64,000 nt of DNA from a virus, in IMG/VR virus record IMGVR_UViG_3300045988_076196, positions 32,001 to 96,000 of that record; one strand, given 5' to 3'. Made by a program: the position numbers and the translations under genes. Positions 8,258-15,897 of the stretch are shown one piece after another; position 1 is the first letter of the stretch; every line of letters starts with the position of its first letter. A model generated the notes under the pieces. The model ran no database searches and was not told the DNA's origin. It saw nothing but the letters and a program-made list of their open reading frames with translations.

Positions 8258-8674
8258 TTAATCAATCCTTTCTTCAGCAATTCCATCAGCCGTACTATAA
8301 CAAATATGCTTAATTCCCAATTCTTTTATATATTTCATACAAGCAGGACATGGACGCGCCATTGCTTTATTACCATTTGCATATTCACGATATACATATA
8401 GCGTCGATTTGCTAAAATCAATATCCAGATATTTTACTTTGTTCAATGCCCTGATTTCAGCATGAAGCGAATTTACCACGCCACTTTGATTTGGATCAAA
8501 TTCACGCTCTGCATTAAGCCGCTTCTGCAACGGGCTTGTTTTGGTACTATTGCATCCAGTAGCAAGCAATATGCCCTTATAATACAGAGCTGCGCCAAGG
8601 TGGTATCTTGGAAATTCAGATTCTTTGCTTGCTCTACAAGCTGATTCAATGCCGCGCTTAGTTCTCTGGTTCAT
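8258..8674 (-). CDS. dCMP/cytidine deaminase family protein
   Basis: Zinc-binding motifs HAE (HAEIRAL) and PCxxC (PCPACMKYI) with the correct spacing. Confidence 0.8.
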   Translation of the reverse strand: MNQRTKRGIESACRASKESEFPRYHLGAALYYKGILLATGCNSTKTSPLQKRLNAEREFDPNQSGVVNSLHAEIRALNKVKYLDIDFSKSTLYVYREYANGNKAMARPCPACMKYIKELGIKHICYSTADGIAEERID

Positions 8675-9135
8675 TCCTTTTCTTCCAATTCTCTAATCAA
8701 TCTATCAATATACCATCTTGCCTTTTTTACATCTTCAATCCCATTCTTTTCTTCATAGCGCCAAAGATATTTAATGACATTGGCTGTGCATACTGCCTCA
8801 ATCCCCGTCTTACTTACGGTTGCGGCTTTGAGTGCGTCAATACATTCAATACCGCCCTGAGTGTAGTGAGACGGATGGTTGACCATATCAGCATTTAGCT
8901 CTTTGCCACAGTATTTAGCTTCAGCGTTTTCATAAGCTGTCAATTTAAGCTCTTTATACCAGTTATAGCATTTGTTAAGCATATTGTCGCTCATTTCATC
9001 AAAGACACAAGCATATGTATCTGTATATTCATCAGTTTCTTTATCGTATTTCTTTGACAATGGACACTCCGTGCAATTAAATGTTTTATCGTCGCAATAA
9101 TTGTAAAGAACAGTTTCTTTTTCTTTTCTTGTCAT
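8671..9135 (-). CDS. DUF3310-like phage protein
   Basis: The C-terminal segment NHPSHYTQGGIECIDALKAA...KYLWRY matches my memory of the DUF3310 signature. Confidence 0.55.
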   Translation of the reverse strand: MTRKEKETVLYNYCDDKTFNCTECPLSKKYDKETDEYTDTYACVFDEMSDNMLNKCYNWYKELKLTAYENAEAKYCGKELNADMVNHPSHYTQGGIECIDALKAATVSKTGIEAVCTANVIKYLWRYEEKNGIEDVKKARWYIDRLIRELEEKE

Positions 9136-9151
9136 ATTTATTTATCCTCCA

Positions 9152-9367
9152 TCAATCATTCAGCATTATATTTTCAATATTCTCATACATTGTCCAATCT
9201 TCATCAAGTTTGGCTTTAACTGGTTTGAATGGGCGATATTCAACGCCGTCTTTTTCTTCATACTGCCAGTCACAATTTAGACAAGCCCATACATCAATAG
9301 GTGGAAGTGTGCAAATACAAGTATGGTAAATATCGCCACCACATTTAGGACAAGTATAGATAATCAT
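9152..9367 (-). CDS. Zinc-ribbon protein
   Basis: Contains CPKCGG and CLNC pairs. Confidence 0.55.
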   Translation of the reverse strand: MIIYTCPKCGGDIYHTCICTLPPIDVWACLNCDWQYEEKDGVEYRPFKPVKAKLDEDWTMYENIENIMLND

Positions 9368-9369
9368 AT

Positions 9370-10551
9370 TTATTCATCCTCCTCATTTTCATCACAATCT
9401 GCATTTACGAAATGGACATCTACGTTAAAAATTTCTTTCAATACATCAATAGCCTCTTTTGGCTCGATGCGGAAAAATTCTCTATCGGGGTTGACCCGCT
9501 CTTTGTCAAAATATTTGTGGATATTATTTTCTAGCTCAAAGCAATCATCGCTAAATACGAAGCAATGAGCATGATATGGCTCTGGCAAGCTGCTAGAGCT
9601 GAGTTCGCGAACCCTCAATGCAGGATTCAATCTTCTGGTGCAACCTAGCTTTACCAATCCGGGCAAACTTGGTGATGTGATTACATATAGCCAACCAGCT
9701 TTACTATGTGACTCACGATAAGCAATAGAATCAAGTCGCTTATCAATACTAGCTAATTGAGATTTAATCCTATTACGCTCATCATCTGTTAGTGCTTTAT
9801 CAAAGGCAATATTCATTGCTTTCTTTTCTTCCAACAATTTCGCGCGTTCTCTAGCAATATCAGCAAGCAACTGCTCCTGTTCTCTTAATCTGCGCTTTTC
9901 TTCACGGATTCGCGTCTTTTCTTCTTTTTGCTTAACTTTAATAGCCAAGTTAATATCAAGCATATCAAGCCGCGCTTTTACATACTCAGCATTAAGCGCC
10001 AATCCGACTTTATTTGCTTTAGACTGATAAGAATTAAATTTATTCTTAATCAATTCTTTACTTTTAGCAATATTGCCTGTTGTTACAGATTTTTCTTTAC
10101 TGTCAATATATCCGGACATTGCGTAGCACAAGCCTCTACCGTACACGTCCTGCATTTCTTTGCCACGTCTATTTGAACCATTTAGAGTGTATCCTTGCTC
10201 TATACGATATAGTCCAGTACTTACGGCAGATTCGATTTTGTCTTGTAACTGATAACGCCGATGTTCGAGTTCATCCAATGAATCTTGGTAATATGGAATA
10301 TTATAATCCTGCATTTCTTCAATGGTATGAATTTTGCCATTTAGAGCATCAAGGACAGATTGAGCTGCTTTTGCAGATCGCATGGTGTTTTCATATTGAT
10401 ACGCCGCAATTTGCCGATGTTCGTCATAGTTATCAATCTCTGCTTGTATACTAGAAATATCTGCTTTAAGTTGAGCAATCTGTGCTTCAAGCTCTTTCTT
10501 TTTCTTGTTCATTTTGAAAATCTCGAACACGTCTAGCTGTCTCCTTGTCAA
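9370..10551 (-). CDS. DUF4041-like coiled-coil protein with a C-terminal T5orf172 (GIY-YIG-related) domain
   Basis: The C-terminal segment GWLYVITSPSLPGLVKLGCTRR...RVRELSS...FFRIEPKEAIDVL is T5orf172-like. The true start may be the GTG at 10530 (AAGGAGA 9 nt upstream). Confidence 0.65.
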   Translation of the reverse strand: MTRRQLDVFEIFKMNKKKKELEAQIAQLKADISSIQAEIDNYDEHRQIAAYQYENTMRSAKAAQSVLDALNGKIHTIEEMQDYNIPYYQDSLDELEHRRYQLQDKIESAVSTGLYRIEQGYTLNGSNRRGKEMQDVYGRGLCYAMSGYIDSKEKSVTTGNIAKSKELIKNKFNSYQSKANKVGLALNAEYVKARLDMLDINLAIKVKQKEEKTRIREEKRRLREQEQLLADIARERAKLLEEKKAMNIAFDKALTDDERNRIKSQLASIDKRLDSIAYRESHSKAGWLYVITSPSLPGLVKLGCTRRLNPALRVRELSSSSLPEPYHAHCFVFSDDCFELENNIHKYFDKERVNPDREFFRIEPKEAIDVLKEIFNVDVHFVNADCDENEEDE

Positions 10552-10717
10552 AAATCTTGTCTATATTCTTATCAAAATCTAATGGATTGCTGCTCTTTGC
10601 TAAAATCTGCTTGGTGCTGATATTATATAGCTCGAATTGCCCATTGCCGCAATCATTGATAATCCAGCCAGTATCGTCATATTGGACTACGGCGTTAATT
10701 TTCTTTGTTCTTGGCAT
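10487..10717 (-). CDS. Hypothetical protein, first gene of the leftward early operon
   Basis: ORF track, with AGGTGA upstream. The promoter at 10738-10766 is immediately upstream. Confidence 0.6.
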   Translation of the reverse strand: MPRTKKINAVVQYDDTGWIINDCGNGQFELYNISTKQILAKSSNPLDFDKNIDKIFDKETARRVRDFQNEQEKERA

Positions 10718-10737
10718 TTATTTCACCTCATGCTATG

Positions 10738-10766
10738 ATTATATCACATCAATTTGCACTTGTCAA
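10738..10766 (-). promoter_or_regulatory. Consensus sigma70 promoter with extended -10 (leftward, inner)
   Basis: The minus strand reads TTGACA-AGTGCAAATTGATGTGA-TATAAT, that is N17 with TGn before the -10. Confidence 0.7.
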
Positions 10767-10797
10767 GCATAATTTTTGAAAAATTGATTTTTCACAT

Positions 10798-10847
10798 CAA
10801 TTTAACTATTATCTACGAATGTATATGAGTAGATAATAGTTAAATTG
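10798..10847 (-). promoter_or_regulatory. 19-bp perfect hairpin between the two leftward promoters (terminator or operator)
   Basis: CAATTTAACTATTATCTAC, a 12-nt loop, then GTAGATAATAGTTAAATTG. On the minus strand it is followed by A/U-rich sequence containing UUUUU. Confidence 0.5.
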
Positions 10848-10869
10848 TAATTATATATTATATACTAGA

Positions 10870-10898
10870 TATTATATCATAGAAAGTATGTAATGTCA
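10870..10898 (-). promoter_or_regulatory. Consensus sigma70 promoter with extended -10 (leftward, outer)
   Basis: The minus strand reads TTGACA-TTACATACTTTCTATGA-TATAAT. Confidence 0.65.
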
Positions 10899-10923
10899 AT
10901 AGAAAAATTTTTTATTTTACCAC

Positions 10924-10952
10924 TTGACAAAGTGATGAATATATGGTATAAT
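10924..10952 (+). promoter_or_regulatory. Consensus sigma70 promoter with extended -10 (rightward, outer)
   Basis: TTGACA-AAGTGATGAATATATGG-TATAAT. Confidence 0.65.
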
Positions 10953-10962
10953 AATATAGTAA

Positions 10963-10990
10963 ATAAGTAAATACGTTAGTATTTACTTAT
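10963..10990 (+). promoter_or_regulatory. 12-bp hairpin a few nt after the predicted start of the outer rightward promoter, followed by a U-rich tract
   Basis: ATAAGTAAATAC-GTTA-GTATTTACTTAT, then ACATTGTTTCTTTCTTTTGCTTCTTTTCTTTCTT. Confidence 0.5.
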
Positions 10991-11049
10991 ACATTGTTTC
11001 TTTCTTTTGCTTCTTTTCTTTCTTAGAGAGTTATATATGAAAATAATAC

Positions 11050-11078
11050 TTGACATATCTATCATAATATGATATAAT
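11050..11078 (+). promoter_or_regulatory. Consensus sigma70 promoter with extended -10 (rightward, inner)
   Basis: TTGACA-TATCTATCATAATATGA-TATAAT, about 30 nt upstream of the SD of the first rightward gene. Confidence 0.7.
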
Positions 11079-11107
11079 AGCATTAAGCTCAAGGAGGTGG
11101 TAAGAAA

Positions 11108-11251
11108 TTGTGGAGCGAAATGAGCTATAACTGGTATGTATCGGAAGATACAGAACCAGAAGTATGGGATGATGAATATGAGCCAACTGAGCGCGATTGG
11201 TCGCTTTGGATATATGGTAGTTCAGAGAATGATTTAGAGGTGATTTTTTGA
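11108..11251 (+). CDS. 47-aa acidic protein translationally coupled to the polymerase gene
   Basis: AAGGAGGTGG lies 7 nt before the TTG. The translation is MWSEMSYNWYVSEDTEPEVWDDEYEPTERDWSLWIYGSSENDLEVIF. Its TGA overlaps the TTG start at 11248 (TTGA). Confidence 0.5.
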   Translation: MWSEMSYNWYVSEDTEPEVWDDEYEPTERDWSLWIYGSSENDLEVIF

Positions 11252-13131
11252 GCCTACAGACGCAAGTTTATTTGCATTCAGTAGATACGTCATGCTTTTA
11301 TGATGACAACGAAATGACGCTACATAGACGGCTTGTTCGGTTATATTCTTTGCGTAAGCGATGGAAGGATAGTGATAAACCAGATTGGCGTATCAAGTCT
11401 GTAAATCGTTTGCTTAAAAAAGAAAAGGTGCGACTATCTGAATTGCTCGATGATGCAGTGAGACGAAATGAAACTAGAAAATTGCGTCAAGATGCTGTGA
11501 CCGATAAAACGGTTGTTAATCTATTTGAATCTGACTTAACACGCAGCTTAGGACTTGACCCGTTCAAGTTGACAGATGAGCTGTTCATCATTAACGTATT
11601 TTTCTTTCAGGTATTTAATAATCTAGTTCATCAAGGATTTATTTACAATGGTGAAAAATATGTGTTCCTTACAGCATCAGCTGGACAGATAAGAACGAAA
11701 AGAGCCGTATTCGTTAAAGAATCGTCGTTTAAGCGCATTGAGCAAAAATTGATGTGCGGCTTGACCATAGACGAAATCAATGAGCGCGGAGGCATGAATC
11801 AGAATAAATTCCTTGCATATTTGGCGCTTATGAACTCTGCCACAGATGTTTGGGAAGATTTTGATATTGACAAATCAATCGTAGTAGATGATTGGGAAAC
11901 GGCTGTTCCGGGATTGGTTGATCATATTGATGGCGTATCGTATGAGATTCGGCGCGAAATGACAGAGACGATTATTCCTCATATGGACGGATGCGGTATT
12001 ATGCTCAATGAAACAACAAGAATGGTGCGTATGCCATGGGTAAAGGGATTACTTGTTACATTTCCGTTTGATAAGTTTATCAAAGAAAAATGCGGTGGCG
12101 AGGCAACAGTAACGGATATTTATGGCAATGAGCATAAAATTATAGAGGAAGATATACGGTATATATTCACAAAAAGCCAATTCAAGCTATGGAAATTTTA
12201 TGATTCGTGGAATTGTTATAAGGCGCGATTCAAAAATTTTGGATGCAATGCTTGTTATTGCAACATAGAAGAACCGTATATTCCAAAGAGCCGCATCAAT
12301 TATCAGATGCTTCAAACCTTGAGTGATATGACTGATAATGAGATTGATCGCATTATTTCTAAGACTGCGCAAGAGATTGACGATGTTGGTAAAGATTATC
12401 AAGTTACTATGCGGTTACTTGGCGCAACAGAGAACAATCGTTATAAATCAGCTATGCAAGAGGCGTTGCTGATTTATCCTGAATTATTCAAAGATTCATA
12501 TAATCGAGAAATTCTGAAGCAGACTAAAAAGAGCCTAGTTAAACAAGCCAAAGGTGGGCGGCTTAGAGTAAATGGGAAATATTTATTCTTAGCGCCTGAC
12601 TTGTATGCGTTTTGTGAATGGCTGTTCCTAGGTGAGCAGAATCCACAGGGACTGCTTGCAGATGGTGATGTATATACTAATCAATATCGTGATGGTGATG
12701 AATTAGCTTGTTTGCGTTCTCCGCATTTGTATAGGGAATGGGCAATTCGGACAAATAGGCGTAGCTTAGAGCTTGATTATTGGTTTGGTGGAACTAAGTG
12801 TATATATACTAGTTGTCATGATTTAATAACAAGGATAGTTATGGCGGACTGCGACGGTGATAAATTATTGGTTGTAAAAGACCGAACATTGACAAATTGT
12901 GCGAAAAGGAATATGTCTGATATTTGTACTTTGGCATATGATCTCAAAAAGGCGAAGGGAGGTTTGGTAAATTCAGATAGCTTATACGAAGGAATGATTA
13001 GAGCATATACCGGTGGCAACATTGGTATTTGGAGTAATCAAATAACTAAAATTTGGAATAGCGGGAATATTACTAAGGAAGAATTGGACGTTGTAAAATG
13101 GTTGTGTTTTGAGAATAATGCAGTAATTGAT
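11248..13131 (+). CDS. YonO/RdRP-like two-barrel RNA polymerase, exon 1
   Basis: Ordered motifs: YVFLTASAGQIR (aa 138-149), MDGCGIM, PWVKGLLV, LRSPHLYREW and ADCDGD (nt 12844-12861). The frame is cut by a TAA at 13132 directly after ...ENNAVID. Confidence 0.75.
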
Positions 13132-14162
13132 TAAATGATAGTCCACTCATGCGGCAACGCATGATGTGAATGATGGTGAACTCGTAAATGCGAGGTGTGC
13201 GGAGAAATCCGTGCTAACGGTAAAACCCTAAACGTATGAACGCATGGCAATACCGTGGCAAGATTGTGTGATAAATATTAAGATGAAAGGAGGGACAATA
13301 TGAGAAAGATTAGTTTGATTGGCAAGAAATTTGGGAGATTGACGGTTTTATCTGATGCTGGAACAAAAGGTGGTAGAACATATTCTAACTGTCTATGCGA
13401 TTGTGGTAAAATGGTGGTAGTTAGTAACAAACATCTAAAAAGTGGGCATACAAAATCTTGTGGATGTTATAAAAACGAAATTATTGGCGAAATTGGTAAA
13501 ATAACCGGCAAGACAAATATCAAGTATGCGCAAAAGCAAGCACATGAAAATAATAGAAAACATGATATGTCTGGAACAAGATTGTATAGAATTTGGTTAC
13601 AGATGAAACAGAGATGTCACAACGAGAAGAACGACAGGTATCAATATTATGGCGGTAAGGGCGTTTGCGTTTGTGATGAATGGAGAGAAGATTTTCAAGA
13701 ATTTGAACAATGGTCGAATAACAATGGATATAGAGATGACTTGACCATTGATAGAATAAATTCTAATAAAAATTATGAACCGTCTAATTGTCGTTGGATA
13801 TCTCAAAGTGAAAATAGCGCAAGAATACATCGTGATGTGAGATACTGGTGTATTGATGTACAAGGCGGAAGATATGCAGAATTTGACAATATTAGAGAAT
13901 TTTGCAGAAATAATCCTGAGATCGCAAATGAGAATCATGTGAGATACGCTGTTAGCGGAAAATGTGAAAATCAAGGCGATATTATATTTGGCAAGTTTTA
14001 ATATTTTATCACACAATAAGCTGTAACGACTAGCCCATTAGGGCGTAGCTTGTAGGTGAAATTCCTACTCGCAAAGTGCCATCCATCTCTATGAGATGAA
14101 GAGATAGTCTACTCCGACTGTTTGAGCAGTGTTAAAGTATCTCGAAAGAGACGGTATGAAGG
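13132..14162 (+). mobile_element. Group I-like intron carrying an endonuclease ORF
   Basis: The exon frames join exactly (...AVID|YAKTQW...). The 5' exon ends in U and the insert ends in G. There are hairpins with GNRA loops (CATGCG-GCAA-CGCATG; GCGGA-GAAA-TCCGT). CCCTAAA (13226-13232) is shared with the other two inserts. Confidence 0.7.
13300..14001 (+). CDS. Intron-encoded homing endonuclease-like protein (HNH/AP2-like LYRIW...DRI...NCRW family)
   Basis: AAAGGAGGG lies upstream. Motifs are FGRLTVL, a Cys cluster C-x-C-x-C-G...SCGC, LYRIW, YYGGKGV.VC.EW and LTIDRINSNKNYEPSNCRW. It is a paralogue of the gene at 63521. Confidence 0.7.
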   Translation: MRKISLIGKKFGRLTVLSDAGTKGGRTYSNCLCDCGKMVVVSNKHLKSGHTKSCGCYKNEIIGEIGKITGKTNIKYAQKQAHENNRKHDMSGTRLYRIWLQMKQRCHNEKNDRYQYYGGKGVCVCDEWREDFQEFEQWSNNNGYRDDLTIDRINSNKNYEPSNCRWISQSENSARIHRDVRYWCIDVQGGRYAEFDNIREFCRNNPEIANENHVRYAVSGKCENQGDIIFGKF

Positions 14163-14852
14163 TATGCTAAGACGCAATGGTTGCCAGAACGACCAAAACA
14201 AATCAATAATACAATTAAACAATATACAAAAGCCCGTGTTCCAAATTTCTTTCAATATGCAAAAGACAAAGACCCAGATACCCAAGTTGAGCCAGCCAAC
14301 AATTCAACCATGAATCGTATCTCAGCTAAAATCCCTACTTCCAGAATCCGCTATAACAATAAGATTGGGAAATTTGACTGGACTATGCTGATAAATAAAT
14401 CGGTCGATTATACTACTAGAGAAAATTCTTCAATCATTGAGCGGTATAATTGGTGGATATGGAATCAGCGCCGATTTGATTATGGCGATGACCCGCATAT
14501 CAATGAGGATGATTTATATAAATATCGCTGCATTGCACAAGATATAGTAGAATATAGCAACGAGCCACTAGATATTGTGGTGAATAGCCTAGTTGCTTAT
14601 CTATACACAGTTAAAAAATCAAGTAATAAGAAAATGCTATGGGCTTGTTTTGGTTGGACGATTGTAGAAAATTTGAGAATCAATACAGCGCAACTTAATC
14701 CAATCTGTTCCATTTGTGGCAAGCGGTTTAAGCCGAGAGATGTATGCCAGCATTATTGCTCAGAGGAATGTTACAAGAAAGCAGATAATCAGCGGCGCAT
14801 TGAGTCGCGTGAAGCCCCACCTGTCCGCACGGGGGACATGTTAAAACAATAG
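14163..14852 (+). CDS. YonO/RdRP-like RNA polymerase, exon 2
   Basis: The frame is open from 14160 with no SD or start. It continues exon 1 and has a C-terminal CxxC...C...C zinc-ribbon-like tail. It ends in TAG. Confidence 0.7.
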   Translation, partial: YAKTQWLPERPKQINNTIKQYTKARVPNFFQYAKDKDPDTQVEPANNSTMNRISAKIPTSRIRYNNKIGKFDWTMLINKSVDYTTRENSSIIERYNWWIWNQRRFDYGDDPHINEDDLYKYRCIAQDIVEYSNEPLDIVVNSLVAYLYTVKKSSNKKMLWACFGWTIVENLRINTAQLNPICSICGKRFKPRDVCQHYCSEECYKKADNQRRIESREAPPVRTGDMLKQ

Positions 14853-14877
14853 GAAATATATGGATAAAATGAACACA

Positions 14878-14893
14878 CCACAATATATTGTGG
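14878..14893. promoter_or_regulatory. Perfect 16-bp palindrome CCACAATATATTGTGG
   Basis: Read directly, in the 69-nt gap between the polymerase and HU-like genes. Confidence 0.3.
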
Positions 14894-14921
14894 TAGACTA
14901 ATAGGGAAAGGAAAGATATAA

Positions 14922-15341
14922 TTGCATAAAAATAAATATCCTCGGCTTGGTAAAGCTGACATGAGTAAAGAGTTGCGGCGGCGCACAGGTGTTGATTCTA
15001 AGATTATTGAGCTAGTGTTAAGAAACTATCATGACATTATTCGTGAGACACTACAACATGGCGTGGAATATTCTTTGCCCGATATTGGTGTTATTACATT
15101 TCGCGACCACCCACCAAAGCCAGCTGGCGAATATTGGAACGGATTCCAAAAGCGGCGTATGTACTATCCTGACAGAATGGGATATTATCGACTAGAGTTT
15201 AAGGCTGAGAAACATATGGCAAGTGCTGTTAAAGGTGGCACATTGTATGGGAAAGGCGCAACTAAAGAGGAATATGATGCTTGGGTATTGGAGAATTATC
15301 CTGATAATCCCAAGTTTATGAAGGAAGAAGAAGATGGCTGA
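14922..15341 (+). CDS. HU/IHF-like DNA-binding protein 1
   Basis: The pattern SKELRRRTGVDSKIIELVLRNYHDIIRETLQHGVEYSLPDIGVITFRD...YYRLEFKAEKHMASAV follows the HU fold: helix-helix, a G..v.l..iG.f arm, then .Fk....l. The start is a TTG with AAAGGA upstream. Confidence 0.6.
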   Translation: MHKNKYPRLGKADMSKELRRRTGVDSKIIELVLRNYHDIIRETLQHGVEYSLPDIGVITFRDHPPKPAGEYWNGFQKRRMYYPDRMGYYRLEFKAEKHMASAVKGGTLYGKGATKEEYDAWVLENYPDNPKFMKEEEDG

Positions 15342-15897
15342 ACATAATAAGCTGAATCAGGAATTTTATGTTTATGCTGGTGGATTGCTCAATGTATCGC
15401 CCCAGACCGCCAAGAAATACTGGATGGGGTTTGTTGATACTATTATTCATATTCTTCATTTTGATGGCAAGTGTCAAATGCCAAGCATAGGCACATTTAC
15501 GTTAGAAGAATTGCCTGAGCGCAGAGTGATGGCTAAGAATGAGCAGGGTGAACTTGTTGAGCAAATCAACCCTGCTTGGTTTAAGATATTATACAAATAC
15601 AATGAGGATTTTCTTAACAATGTCAATGGGCGTGGCGTTACAAAGAAATATCGTAGGCGCGTCCGTGAACGTAAATTAACACCAAACGATCTCAAGCTAA
15701 TTACTCAAGCAGAAGCAGAACGAACAGCAAAGCGCACGTTGAAACAGATGCAAGATGACCGCATTGAGCAAGCAAGGCAACAGAGCTATGATGATTTTAT
15801 CAATGTGATCAACAAGAAAAAAGAAGACTATGAACGGAAAAAGAAGGAAAAGGAACAGAAATTGAATGAATCTACAGAAGATACGACAAGCGACTGA
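15334..15897 (+). CDS. HU/IHF-like DNA-binding protein 2 with a basic/acidic tail
   Basis: The same fold pattern (SPQTAKKYWMGFVDTIIHILHFDGKCQMPSIGTFTLEE...FKILYKYNEDF). It overlaps the previous gene. Confidence 0.55.
   Translation: MAEHNKLNQEFYVYAGGLLNVSPQTAKKYWMGFVDTIIHILHFDGKCQMPSIGTFTLEELPERRVMAKNEQGELVEQINPAWFKILYKYNEDFLNNVNGRGVTKKYRRRVRERKLTPNDLKLITQAEAERTAKRTLKQMQDDRIEQARQQSYDDFINVINKKKEDYERKKKEKEQKLNESTEDTTSD

Noticed and set aside
13597-14016. 139-aa antisense ORF opposite the intron endonuclease gene
   Set aside because: The sense ORF has an SD and recognisable motifs. The antisense ORF has neither and is Ile/Phe-rich, as expected from AT-rich antisense sequence.
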